Source: Macrostomum lignano
Lineage: Eukaryota
Assembly (NCBI GenBank): GCA_002269645.1
Contig: NIVC01001911.1
Location: 124,001 to 188,000, forward strand
Direction: 5' to 3'
DNA length: 64,000 bases
Each line of letters begins with the position of its first letter. The first letter of the stretch is position 1. Below, one piece after another: positions 34,258 through 47,466 of the stretch. Both the position numbers and the translations under genes were made by a program. Under the pieces are notes generated by a model. The model searched no databases. It was not told where the DNA came from and was given only the letters and a program-made list of their open reading frames with translations.

Positions 34258-37200
34258 TCACTTCCACACCCGGCAGGTGTTGTCCTTGCTGCCAGTAATA
34301 ATCGTATTGCCTTCGTAGTTGAAAGCGCAGCTAAATATTTCGTCAGTGTGTCCCTCCAGAGCTTGAGTCTGCTTACCGGTCTCGCAGTCCCACAGTCTGG
34401 CAGTTTTATCAGCTGACGCAGTCAGCAGCCTGGTGCCCTGCGGATTGAAGCACACCTTGCTGACTTCGCCTTCGTGGCCTTCAAGTTTGCATAGCAACCG
34501 GAAGCTGCCGCGGATGTCCCAGCAGCGGCCGGTGGCATCCGCGCTGGCCGAGGCGAGGCGGTGACCGGGCAAGTCGAAGGCCACGTCCAGCACCTCGTCC
34601 TCGTGACCGCCCAGGGTCTGCATGACTCGGCCTTGGCGGACGTCCCACACCTGACATTTGGGGGTGAGATGGAAGTAGGATTTGAGGATAAGAAAGGAAG
34701 TGAGATAGAGGTGAGATTGGAGATGAAGGTGAAGGTGAGATTTGGGGTGGGTTGGAAGTGAGATTGGAGATTAGATAGGAGATGAGATGCAGGTGAGACT
34801 GGAGATGAGATGCAGGTGAGATTTAGGGTAAGACGGGAGGTACCATTTTTGGAGTTTAGAGATACGATGCAGATGAGATTTGGGGCGACATAAAGGTGAG
34901 ATTGGAGATTATATGGAGGTGAGATTAAAGATGAGATTAAGATAAGATAGGAGATGAAATGCAGGTAAGATTGGAGATGAGATGCAGGTGAGATTGGAGC
35001 TGAGATGCAGGTGAGATTGGATATGAGATGCAGGTGAGATTGGATATGAGATGCAGGTGATATTGGAGATGAGATGCAGGTGAGGTTAGAGATGAGAAGC
35101 AGAAAATATTTAGGGTAAGACGGGAGGTACGATTTTTTAAGTTTAGAGATACGATGCAGATGAGATTTGGGTTGACATAAAGTTGAGATTGGAGATAAGA
35201 TGGAGGTGAGATTAGATATGAGATTGAGATACAATTGGAGATGAGATGCAGATAAGATTTGGAGTGAGACGGAGGTGAGATTGGCGATAAGATGGAGGTG
35301 AGATTTGGGTGAGATTGGAGATGAGATATAGGTGAGAGTGGAGAAGAGATTGGAGGTGAGATTGGAGATGAAATGGGGGTGAACTTGGAGATGAGATGGA
35401 GGTGAGATTGGCGATGAGATGGAGGTGAGATTGGAGATGAGATGGAGGTGAGATTTGGGTGAGATTGGAGATGAGATATAGGTGAGATTGGAGAAGAGAA
35501 TCTCGGAGGTGAGATTGAAGATGAAATGGGGGTGAAATTGGAGATGAGATGGAGGTGAGATTGGAGATGAAATGCGGGATGAGATTTAGAATTGATTTAC
35601 CTTTGTTGCCCACCTGTCCGCTATATGACCCCTATCCCTCACAGCAGCCCCCACATCGAACATGTGGAACTCACCTTGACTTTCTTATCCATAGACGCGG
35701 TAGCAACCAGAGTGGCATCCCAGTTGAACACGGCGGCGGAGATCTCAGCTGTATGACTGACCAACTGTTGAGTTCGTTTGCCGCTGCGCGAGTCCCACAG
35801 GCAGACTGTGTGATCAAAACTAGCCGTTAGAACGTCCGAGCCTTGCTGACTAAACTGCATGCCGATCACTTCGGCTGTGTGCCCGTTCAATGTGCACAGC
35901 TCCACCCCGGTCTCAACGTCCCACAGTTTAGCTTGGGTATCCATTGAGCCAGTGCCCAGCATAGTAGAGGTGGGATTAAACTGCAGAGTGACAATCTCGG
36001 CCGTGTGACCGCGAAACGTGTGATGCAGAGTGCCCCTCTCGGCAGACCACAGTTTGGCAGTTTTATCAAAACTACCAGTGCCAATCTTGTCAGAGTAGGG
36101 CAGATTGAAGGCGATGGCGTAAACTACATTGCGATGACCTTCTAATGTGAATTTCTCCTCGCCAGATCCGGTGTCCCACACTTTGCAGGTTCGATCGTAG
36201 GAGCCGGTGATGAACTCCGTGCCGTTCTTGTTGAAGGCTACGTTTGTCAATGGCAGGATGTGGGCTCGCAGCACCTGGACATTGCGGTTGGAAAAATTGA
36301 TTGTAGGTTGAATTGTTTGCTTTCGGTGTTTAGCTTCTAATAAGATGGATTGGCTCAGATTAATGCAAAAGTGTCTGCCATTCTGTCTGCCTTCTGTCCG
36401 CCATTGTGTCTGTCTTCTATCTGCCATTCTGTCTGCCATTGTGTCTGTCTTCTGTCTGCCATTGTGTCTGCCTTCTGTCTGCCATTGTGTCTGCCTTCTG
36501 TCTGCCATTGTGTCTGTCTTCTGTCTGCCATTGTGTCTGTCTTCTGTCTGCCATTCTGTCTGCCTTCTGTCTGCCATTGTGTCTGTCTTCTGTCTGCCAT
36601 TGTGTCTGCCATTGTGTCTGCCATTGTGTCTGTCTTCTGTCTGCCATTGTGTCTGCCTTCTGTCTGCCTTCTGTCTGCCATTGTGTCTGTCTTGTGTCTG
36701 CCATTGTGTCTGTCTTCTGTCTGCCATTCTGTCTGCCTTCTGTCTGCCATTGTGTCTGCCTTCTGTCTGCCATTGTGTCTGTCTTCTATCTGCCATTCTG
36801 TCTGCCATTGTGTCTGTCTTCTGTCTGCCATTGTGTCTGCCTTCTGTCTGCCATTGTGTCTGCCTTCTGTCTGCCATTGTGTCTGTCTTCTGTCTGCCAT
36901 TGTGTCTGTCTTCTGTCTGCCATTCTGTCTGCCTTCTGTCTGCCATTGTGTCTGTCTTCTGTCTGCCATTGTGTCTGCCATTGTGTCTGCCATTGTGTCT
37001 GTCTTCTGTCTGCCATTGTGTCTGCCTTCTGTCTGCCTTCTGTCTGCCATTGTGTCTGTCTTGTGTCTGCCATTGTGTCTGTCTTCTGTCTGCCATTCTG
37101 TCTGCCTTCTGTCTGCCATTGTGTCTGCCATTGTGTCTGCCATTGTGTCTGCCATTGTGTCTGTCTTCTGTCTGCCATTGTGTCTGCCTTCTGTCTGCCA

Positions 37201-40200
37201 TCGTGTCTGACATTGTGTCTGCCATTGTGTCTGTCTGTCTGTCTGCCATTGTGTCTCTCTTCTGTCTGCCTTCTGTCTGCGCCATTGTGTCTGTCTTCTG
37301 TCTGCCATTGTGTCTGTCTTCTGTCTGCCATTGTGTCTGTCTTCTGTCTGCCATTGTGTCTGTCTGTCTGTCTGCCATTGTGTCTGTCTTCTGTTTGCCA
37401 TTGTGTCTGTCTTCTGACTGCCATTGTGTCTGTCTTCTGACTGCCATTGTGTCTGTCTTCTGTTTGCCATTGTGTCTGTCTTCTGTTTGCCATTGTCTGT
37501 CTGTCTGTCTGCCATTGTGTCTCTCTTCTGTCTGCCTTCTGTCTGCGCCATTGTGTCTGTCTTCTGTCTGCCATTGTGTCTGTCTTCTGTCTGCCATTGT
37601 GTCTGTCTTCTGTCTGCCATTGTGTCTGTCTGTCTGTCTGCCATTGTGTCTGTCTTCTGTTTGCCATTGTGTCTGTCTTCTGACTGCCATTGTGTCTGTC
37701 TTCTGACTGCCATTGTGTCTGTCTTCTGTTTGCCATTGTGTCTGTCTTCTGTTTGCCATTGTCTGTCTGTCTGTCTGCCATTGTGTCTGCCTTCTGTCTG
37801 CCATTGTGTCTGTCTTCTGACTGCCATTGTGTCTGTCTTCTGACTGCCATTGTGTCTGTCTTCTGACTGCCATTGTGTCTGTCTTCTGACTGCCATTGTG
37901 TCTGTCTTCTGACTGCCATTGTGTCTGTCTTCTGACTGCCATTGTGTCTGTCTTCTGACTGCCATTGTGTCTGTCTGTTTGCCATTGTGTCTGTCTTCTG
38001 TCTGCCATTGTGTCTGTCTTCTGACTGCCATTGTGTCTGTCTTCTGACTGCCATTGTGTCTGTCTGTCTGCCATTGTGTCTGCCTTCTGTCTGCCATTGT
38101 GTCTGTCTTCTGACTGCCATTGTGTCTGTCTTCTGTCTGCCATTGTGTCTGTCTTCTGACTGCCATTGTGTCTGTCTTCTGTTTGCCATTGCGTCTGTCT
38201 GTCTGTCTTCTGTCTGTCATTGTGTCTGTCTTCTGTCTGTCATTGTGTCTGTCTGCCATTGTGTCTGTCTTCTGTCTGTCATTGTGTCTGTCTGCCATTG
38301 TGTCTGTCTGCCGCTGTGTCTGTCTTACTCTTGTCTGCCATTGTGTCAGCCGTTGTGTCTGTCTTACTTTTATGTCTACCATTGTGTCTGTCTTCTGTTT
38401 GCCATTGCGTCTGTCTGTCTGTCTTCTGTCTGTCATTGTGTCTGTCTTCTGTCTGTCATTGTGTCTGTCTGCCATTGTGTCTGTCTTCTGTCTGTCATTG
38501 TGTCTGTCTGCCATTGTGTCTGCCTGCCATTGTGTCTGTCTGCCTGTTTGTCTGCTATTGTGTCTGCCTTCTGTCTGCCATCTGTCTCTTTTTTCTGTCT
38601 GTCTGTCTGTCTGTCACAGTGCCTGTCTTAAAGGGGCATAAGGCCGCCAGCCGATCTCACCTTGAACAGGGAGAACTGGCTGTCGTAGACTTCGGCCAGT
38701 TTCTTCTGCAGTTTGCCGACCAACTCGCGCAACTGCGGCACCCGCTTGTCAGTGATGAGCGGCTCCTTGCGGACAATTTCCTCGATGATGCTGTCTACAT
38801 TTGAACTGAAAGAAAAACAATAGTAAAATTAATATATTTTAGAAATTATTCTGAAGCCAAGAAAGTTAAAATTGGTACTTACTGAGGCGTTAGATCCAGC
38901 AAGTCAAGCGCCTTGGTTTTCAGCTGGCCACCTTGCTCATATTCGAGAATAATTCCTAGAAAAACAGATTTTTGGTAAGTTAAAAATTGTATGAGTATTA
39001 AGTTAAACAAATAGTCCAGGCATACAAAATTGCATGCAAACTAATTTTTCATCATAAATTCCAGCAGACTATTCAATATATTTTTTAAATTAGAGATTGA
39101 AAAGCATTTGATATTTTGGAAAATTGGTCTTTTAGGATACATTTGGTTCTTAGATTAGTAGTTAAGTTGATAATAATCAATGGTAACAGTTATATTTTAG
39201 ACAGTATATGTTAATCTCAACTTGTTCTAAATTAAACTAAAGTGTTTAACAAGTTTTTTCTTCATTGCATGCATGTATAGTTAAAACAAAATATAATTTT
39301 ATTATTAACTCAAAAATTAAGGTTCTATGTATTAGAAAAAGGGATTTTATACATTTTTTCATTGTTTTGTAATTTGTACGCCCTACTTTGGATTCAGAAT
39401 TTAAATTTAAATGAGTAAAAAAAGTAGGTTTCTTCTATTCTACTGAAAATTTCCAAATTTAGACCAATTAGTTTATTAACTTTTAACAAATTAATAAAAA
39501 ATATAACTGAGGGACCCAAGAGAGGGGTGAAAGGGGTGGCTCTATATTTTGGAAAAAAAATTGCTAGGTCCCCCCTTTTTCTGGTCTCCCCCTAAAGGGG
39601 GTGATTTCCTCTCCCTTGCCCTTTTAGTTGTACTCACTGTAAAGCCTACTAAAGGAGCATAAAAGACCTATGCAAACATTAGAAAAACAATAGGTAAATA
39701 AAAAGGAACTTTATAAAATTTAGGAACTTTTTAAAAAAATGAGCTATTTTTTAAACTCATTAGAATAAGCTGTACTTTTGAGGATAAGAATTGAGAAATA
39801 AAATTGGTATAACTCATGCTTATATTACTCCTTTGTTCTTATCTAGAGCCTAATATCAGATAGGGATTTAAAGTAAATTTTGTTAATTTATTTTTTAGTT
39901 TGCTTAATATTAATCATTGAATGATATCAATATTGGACTCAAAGTGCATTGTAAAATTTATTGCTATTTATAACTTTTATAACTATAGCCATATAGGTTA
40001 CTTTGAAGAACTTTATGTCAAAAAGACCCTTGCAATTAATGGCTGCAGAAAAACATGGGCATATATTAGGAGACATGAAATCGTATCCTTTGATGACAAA
40101 AGTCTACTGGTATAAAACATTTATAACAAAGTTTTAGTGCTAATACCAATAAATAACTTTTAAAAAAAAATTTGGCCTAACTCATTAAGTGAAATATAAC

Positions 40201-40573
40201 ATTAGATAACTATCAAATATTTTGAAAGTTAGGCTCAATATTATAATTCTGTTCTGAAATTATAAACCGTGATAATCAGATATTTCATATAACGAGCTAA
40301 GCAAAGAAAGATTGTCCTGTTGGTACAACGTACAAGTACTCATAGTCGCACTTGGTTAAAAGCGCAAATGTTTATAAGTACTATAGTTACTAGCTAAACA
40401 TAAAAGTAGACTAAATAAATACAGTATTAAGAATTTCCTACACATCGTGTTCGACAGATAAGAAGCGAGGCCTCTATGCCTGAAAATAATTTAAGTGATA
40501 AAGTGATGACTGCTCGTGCTCAAAAAAACGTACCTGGAGGGAAGTATCTCAGAAGAAACCTTTTTAGTTTCAT
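34258..40573 (-). CDS. DAW1: Dynein assembly factor with WD repeats 1 (ODA16/WDR69), 5 exons, 416 aa
   Basis: Exons 40573-40534, 38955-38883, 38805-38661, 36274-35675 and 34650-34258 total 1251 nt with consistent phases. [36 protein letters not shown] and [11 protein letters not shown] match recalled DAW1. Confidence 0.97.
34660..35590. repeat. Degenerate ~23-bp minisatellite (GGAGATGAGATGCAGGTGAGATT) in DAW1 intron 4
   Basis: Directly visible. Confidence 0.9.
36370..38620. repeat. TGTC/GCCAT-based complex minisatellite in DAW1 intron 3
   Basis: Directly visible, with block duplications. Confidence 0.95.
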
Positions 40574-40673
40574 TTTATAGATGTTAATACCGCAAAAGTA
40601 AAAAAATGAAATACAATAACTGGTCCAACTCGACTACAATACAAGTGTACTAGTTCTCCGCCAGCCAGCGAGC

Positions 40674-42078
40674 ATGCAGGGACTCCCCGAGCGACATTCA
40701 AGATCGATATTCGGAAATAACAAAAATCTCTGCTTTTAAAGCACCAAACGCCATGATTTTTTACAGAAGAAACATCACCCACGAGATAAACCGACTTAAA
40801 AAAAATTACGGCTACAGATTGAAAGGATTTTTTACAATTTGCCAAAAACTGGTGCTTCCCTATCTCCACAATGCATTTAGTTGATATTCGATTTCGAGTA
40901 CTTCTGCTTGCTCTTTGTCGCTGAAAATTGACATGCAGGACTTCACCCAGACACTAAGCGATTATCATAACTCAAACCGAACTCAAAGCTTCATGCTCGA
41001 GAACTATTCGGGAAAAACTGATGTTCCTATCTCCACAATGCATTAGATTGATATTCGATTTCGAGTACTTCTGCTTGCTCTCTGTCGCTGAAAATTGACA
41101 TGCAGGACTTCACCCAGACACTAAGCGATTATCATAACTCAAACCGAACTCAAAGCTTCATGCTCGAGAACTATTCGAGAAAAACTGATGTTCCTATCTC
41201 CACAATGCATTAGATTGATATTCGATTTCGAGTACTTCTGCTTGCTCTCTGTCGCTGAAAATTGACATGCAGGACTTCACCCAGACACTAAGCGATTATC
41301 ATAACTCAAACCGAACTCAAAGCTTCATGCTCGAGAACTATTCGAGAAAAACTGATGTTTCTACATGTACATGTACATGTATCTCCACAGTGCATTAGAT
41401 TGGAATAAGAATTTTTTTCATTTGTGTGAATATATAGTAAGATGTTTGCATGCATGATGTACATATATTGGCTGATTTACAATAATTTCAATTTTCAGCG
41501 ACAGAGAGCAAGCAGAAGTACTCGAAATCGAATATCAACTAAATGCATTGTGGAGATAGGAACATCAGTTTTTCTCGAATAGTTCTCGAGCATGAAGCTT
41601 TGAGTTCGGTTTGAGTTATGATAATCGCTTAGTGTCTGGGTGAAGTCCTGCATGTCAATTTTCAGCGACAGAGAGCAAGCAGAAGTACTCAAAATCGAAT
41701 ATCAATCTAATGCATTGTGGAGATAGGAACATCAGTTTTTCCCGAATAGTTCTCGAGCATGAAGCTTTGAGTTCGGTTTGAGTTATGATAATCGCTTAGT
41801 GTCTGGGTGAAGTCCTGCATGTCAATTTTCAGCGACAGAGAGCAAGCAGAAGTACTCGAAATCGAATATCAATCTAATGCATTGTGGAGATAGGAACATC
41901 AGTTTTTGGCAAATTGTAAAAAATCCTTTCAATCTGTAGCCGTAATTTTTTTTTAAGTCGGTTTATCTCGTGGGTGATGTTTCTTCTGTAAAAAATCATG
42001 GCGTTTGGTGCTTTAAAAGCAGAGATTTTTGTTATTTCCGAATATCGATCTTGAATATCGCTCGGGGAATCCCTGCAT
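40674..42078. mobile_element. Foldback-type non-autonomous DNA transposon (MULE-like, 9-bp TSD)
   Basis: Inverted arms of ~600-680 bp built partly from 167-bp tandem units, with ATGCAGGG...CCCTGCAT termini. The exact direct repeat CCAGCGAGC occurs at 40665-40673 and 42079-42087. Confidence 0.88.
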
Positions 42079-42568
42079 CCAGCGAGCCTGCTTGCGCACA
42101 TGAAACAAAAATTTCGTTCTGAATGCACTTTTCAAAATTTACAGACTCATTACAAATATATTGAAAACGTTAAAAATTACACATTTTTAGAAAGCTTTGA
42201 TAAAGACCTCTTTTCGGACCAAGAATACTAAGTTTTTGCATTATTTGCTCCAAAGAAAAGTTTATATTTGTTAAAAGTTTTCATAATAACGGTTTGAATT
42301 TTTTCGATTGTCGATTTCGATATGTACTTTGCAGCTATATTCTATTAAGTTGAGTTTTAATATCAGGGACGTCACCACCGGAGAGACACGCAGAAGGATG
42401 TAAAAGCTTTGACGATATGGGCCAATATAATTTCGAGCCTACTGCGACAAAAATAAATGCCTGAATTATATGTACATGTATTATAATTTTGTTTGTTAAC
42501 TGCAGTGTTTTCTTGATCGTCCACCGCGGTTCTCATTGCAAGCCCGCTGTTTCTAGACGTACATGTAA

Positions 42569-43073
42569 ATGTCAAGGACGACATAAATAGCTAGAAGGAC
42601 GGGAAACCTCGTTTCTTGGAAAATTTTTGAAGGCAGTTTTTCGGAAAAAATACACTACGTAGATAGGAAGTTTTCATGTTTTTCATTTTTTCATTTTTTA
42701 AATTGTTATTGCTCTTGATAGGAGGCAGACCCAGTGTTCATCTTTTTATATGTTGTGCCTTTCGTTAACTGCTCTATCGCTCTCTGATATATAATTCGTT
42801 ATATTCGTTATATATTCGTTATAAGTTCGTTACATGTACATGTATTCGTTATACAATATTCGTTATCTGCTCTTAGTAGAGAAATAACAAAGGCACAACA
42901 TATAAAAAGATGAACACTGGATCTGCCTTCTATCGAAAGCAATAACGATTTTTGTGCAGAAAAAAATGAAAACTTCTTATCTCCGTAGTGAATTTTTTTC
43001 GGGAAAACCTGCCTTCTAAAAATTTTTAGGAAACGAGGTTTCCCCGTCCTTTTACCTAAGTCGTCCTTGACAT
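42569..43073. mobile_element. MITE with ~200-bp imperfect TIRs
   Basis: ATGTCAAGGACGAC ... GTCGTCCTTGACAT termini and continued internal complementarity; TSD unclear. Confidence 0.8.
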
Positions 43074-43183
43074 GTACATTTGCATGAGTATGTAGGTATA
43101 CTTTCGTCGCTTAGTGTAGCTGCTATTCTTATTGAAGTAACTTAAAACTTAACGAAACGCTACTACAGTGTAAATACGAATAT

Positions 43184-43223
<40 letters not shown>

Positions 43224-43225
<2 letters not shown>

Positions 43226-46200
43226 CCCGTCGAACTCTACGGACGGCCTGGAGCCACGGCTTCAGCTCCTACCCGGCGCCGCGTCTACGGAAGGCATTCA
43301 ACCAAATGGGTGTCGAAGAGCGCCGGAAACTCGGACACCCAGTGTCGCATCGGCTAGTCATACCACCAGCCAGCGGCAACCCTGCGACGTTTTATCCGAG
43401 GGGAAGGGTAGAGAGGTGGCCCACTACCTTCCCAAGATGCTGCTGTGTAGGGCCGGCGATGTCGAATCCAATCCTGGACCTCACCGAACCTGCAAACATC
43501 GCCACTGCGGAAAGACTCTTCGTGGCAGGTTCCTCGAATGTCCAAACTGTTACCACGGGTACCATATCCAACGTGCCTGCTCGGGCCTGACCCGTTGGGC
43601 TGCCAACGAGAAAATAGCAGCCATGATCATTTGGACACGTCTGAAAATCGGAGTAATCGACCTCGCGATGAAGCCGCGACGCTTACCGAGGCCGACCCTG
43701 ATGAGAGACGCCTAAACTTGCTCACTAGACTCAAGGAAGAAAAACCCCTCTGCGGGCGGTGCAAGAAGGCCGTTCGGGTTTCCACGGTGATTTCTTGCTG
43801 CAACACGTGCGAGGCCCTTTTTCACAACGCCTGCACACCATGGCCACCCGTGACCAGATAAACCGTGAAGTCCGTGGGGGCCAATGGCGTTGCTCCAGCT
43901 TCACGGAGGCCCTTCGCCGCATGGCCCCGAACTCCCCTCCCGAGCCGGATCCAGTGTGAGCCACATTGTGAGCGCAAAAAAGGATGGAAAGGCGGAGACA
44001 CACCCACTCGCCTGCTCCAGTGGAACGCGGACGGCATACGGAACAAACTTGGGGAACCGGAGGGTGCGGCGGCTGAACATCAGTTTGGTCGTCATTCAGG
44101 AGTCCAAACTAACTCGACTCCCTGGCTCGCACTCCTAATATCCCAGGCTTCTCTACTGTTCGCAAAGACCGGCGATGCCTCCGCTCGAGTGAGACAAACA
44201 AAGGAGGAGGTCTGCTCCTCTTCATCCGCCATGACATCCCGTTTCGCAAGATCAGAGGCTGGAGCGGAAATACTGTGGAAGGATGCAGAGTAGTCATCAA
44301 CTGCTCCAACAAGCTCAGCCTGGTGATCTCCAACATCTATCGCCCCCCCCATTCGGCGCTTGGCGGGTGTTGACCATAGGGAGTGCACCCCCCCCCCCTG
44401 TCGAGACCTGGCTCAAACCGCATAAACGAGAACTCATCCTGGGCGACCTCAATCTGCATGACGTTAACTGGGGCAGTCTGCCAGACCAGTGTCCAGAGGG
44501 GAAGGCCCAGGCCTGTTTGTTCCTGCAGTGGTGCGACGCCTTCGGTTACAACATCCTGAACACCGGCGCCCCAACGTGCCTCGATCGTCGCACCGGAGGG
44601 CAGAGCGTGCTGATCTCAGCCTTGCCAGTGCTAGTGTTGCTGATAACTGCACTTGGGAGATGCTCAACGAGCTGGGGTCCGACCATAAACCTATCTTGAT
44701 CCCGCTCGACACCGACTGTCTAACCCTGGACTAGCGCCCCCGCCTCACCTGGGCCTGGCAGAAAGCTGACTGGAACAGCTACCAGGACAGGCTCGAGGAG
44801 TGGAGCGATGGACTCAACAAAGGTACTCTTAAAGAGCAAATCGACCGTCTCTGTAAGAGAATGTCCAAGGTCGCCAACGCCAGCATCCCGATCCCGCTCA
44901 AGAAAGTCGGTGAAAATCAAAAACCGTACTGGGATGCGGAGCTTTCTCACATTCGCGAGGAAAGAAATCGGCTCAGAAACCTGGGCGATCCTGAGGTCTG
45001 GCGCAACAAAAATGCGGAGCTCAATAAGCGCTGTGCGGAAAAGAAGCAGGAGTTCTGGAAATCCTACGTTCAGGATCTTTCCTCCTCATCCGACCCTAAG
45101 AAGATTTGGCGCACCATCAAGACCCTGGAGACTGGGGATAAGAGCACAGAAAAAAACGAGAATATGGTTGTTAACATGCCGACAACTTGGCAGTTGGCCT
45201 GGCTCAAGGTGTTCAACCGCTGCTGGAGCCTTGGCCACTGTCCAGGAGTCTGGAAAAAAGCCATCATAGTGCCCCTCCTTAAAGACGGGAAAGATCCCAA
45301 AGACTGCTCCAGTTTCCGGCCCGTCAGCCTTACGTCCATCTGCGTCAAGCTCATAGAGCGGATGGTGCTAGACCGGCTGATGCACTGGCTCGAGACCAAC
45401 GGCACTCTGCAGCCCTGGCAAGCGGGTTTTCACCGCGGCCGGAGCTGCGAGGAACACATAGCTCGCCTCGTGAAAGAAATCCAGGACGGATGGTAAAGAA
45501 GGCCCCACTTTAAGACGTTGGCCATCCCGCTCGATTACTCAAGGGCGTTCGACCGGGTTTGGCGGGCAAAGCTTTTGGCTCGTCTTATGGACGAAGGTCT
45601 GCTCGACCGCTTTATTCGCTGGTACGCCAGCTTCCTGGAAGGGCGTCAAATCGCTGTGCGTGTCGGTGAAGAGGTCGGCAAGTGGCGCGGCCCCTCCGCG
45701 ACGGGTAGCCCCAGGGGGGCCGTCAGCTCTCCTATTCTGTTTCTCCTGTATATCAATGACTGGCGGGACAAACTGGTCACCCAGGTCTGCTACGGGGGAT
45801 TCGCTAACGACCTCGGCATTTGGACTACCGGTCGAAACACCAACTAGCTGGAATTTCGCATTCAGACTGCGCTAAACCGCATTGAAGACTGGGCGGCCGA
45901 CCTGAGAATCGACCTTAACCCCTCCTAGCCTGTACACGCGCGGCCGGAACGAGCGAAATCGCCCTCTTAACCTGTCGATTTCTGGCACTCGTCTCCCCAC
46001 CAAACGTTAGGTCCGATACCTTGGCGTCTGGATTGACGATGGCCTGACCTTTAAGCGCCAGACGACCGAAGTTGTTTCTAAGATACACCGCCGATGCAGC
46101 ATCCTCTGCGCCCTGGCCCACAGATAGTGGGGCTGGGACAGCGATACCCTCCGCACTGTCTACAAGGCGGTCGTCGAGTCCATCGCTTGGCATGCGGCCG

Positions 46201-47464
46201 CGGCTTAGATGCCTTGGCTGCCCAAAACGAGATTGGAGGAGTTGGACCGGGCCCAGCATGAAGCCCTGAGACTTTTTACCGGTCTGCTGAAGTCAACTCC
46301 CTGTGAGGCCGTCTATAAGGAAGCAAATTGCGACCCCACTAGTGTCGAGGCTAAACGGAAAGCCCTCATCGCCGTTGAAAAGGCCAAAAGAAGACCGGCC
46401 AGCGACCCTTCGCGCCAGATCTGTGAGCGCGAAGCCGACGTCCGTCTCAAAGCCAACGAGGACTCCTGGAGCAAGCTAATATAATTCTAATTAACCTCCT
46501 CCCGTTCGAGAGACTGTTGAACTCATGGGGATTCGCGCGCCTCCCTGGGAAGCGCTCAACGGCCAGGAGCGTCTTCGCCTCTTCCCTAATCTCTTCAGTC
46601 CCTGCAGCAAGTACGATGACATCCAGGTCAGGCGCGACCTCTTTGAGAAGACCTGCAGAGTGCGCCTTCCTGACACTTGCTATAATACTGATGGATCGGC
46701 CACCGGCGGCACCCAGCTTGGCGGAGCGGCCTGGATACTGTACTGTAGCAGCCAGGACCTGATCATCCGTTCAGGGCGTGCAACGGCCGGCAGATGGTTC
46801 AGCTCCTTTAAGGCCGAGCTCCGCGCCCTCTCCCTGGCGCTGGACGACATCTTGATAGAGGGACCGCCGAATGCCGCTATCCTGACCGACAGCCAGGCCG
46901 CCATACGAGCTATCCAAGCCGACTCTACCACCACCAACAGCCTGCTCGAGGAGCCCAAAGACCTCATTCGACGCGCTATCCGGGTCACAGACATCACCAT
47001 CCAGTGGATACCGGGGCACGTGGGCGTCGATGGAAATGAGCTGGCCGACCGGGAGGCCAAGCGGGCCGCGAGCCTGCCGCAGCAGCACATCCCGCTGGCG
47101 CTCGCTGCCGCCAAGAACTTGCTGCGCATGTCCGTCCCGTACCATGCAGCCCGCCCTGAAGGGTCACCTGGGGGAAGTCTACTCTGGGCGCCTTACCTTC
47201 CACGACGGCCCAAGTAATCAGAAGGTCCTCGTCTCGCAGGCCGTCGGCTTACTATAAAAAGCGTATCGGGATGACCGACGAGGCCACCTGCAGGCTCTGC
47301 AGGACGAGGTGGACCAATTTCACCTACTGACATGTCCCGCCTAGGATTCGACACGCCGCTTGTTTGGAGTTCATAACCTTAGCGACCTTGCCGATGGTCA
47401 CTTGGTGGCGCGGCTCCTGGGTGCCCTCGATTGGGTCCCCATCTGATGGAGCCGCACTCCGCAA
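43224..47464 (+). mobile_element. Near full-length but inactivated Ingi/I-group-like non-LTR retrotransposon (2A, PHD-like fingers, APE, RT, RNase H)
   Basis: Broken frames give GDVESNPGP, two Cys/His fingers, LLQWNADG, VIQESKL, ILGDLNLH, LGSDHKPI, SFRPVSLTS, DYSRAFDRV, YNTDGS and IQWIPGHVGVDGNELAD. There are many frameshifts and stops, and (CAA)n lies on both sides. Confidence 0.92.
43330..43445 (+). ncRNA. Candidate HDV-like self-cleaving ribozyme in the LINE 5' region
   Basis: Manual nested-pseudoknot fit: P1 CTCGGA/TCCGAG, P2 CAGCGGC/GCTGCTG, P3 AAC/GTT, P1.1 CC/GG, P4 GAAGGGTAG/CTACCTTC, J4/2 CCAAGAT. Confidence 0.5.
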
Positions 47465-47466
47465 TC

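Noticed and set aside
39490-39640. G/C-rich island in DAW1 intron 1 ending in GTACTCACTG, resembling a hAT MITE end
   Set aside because: No matching opposite TIR or TSD could be found.
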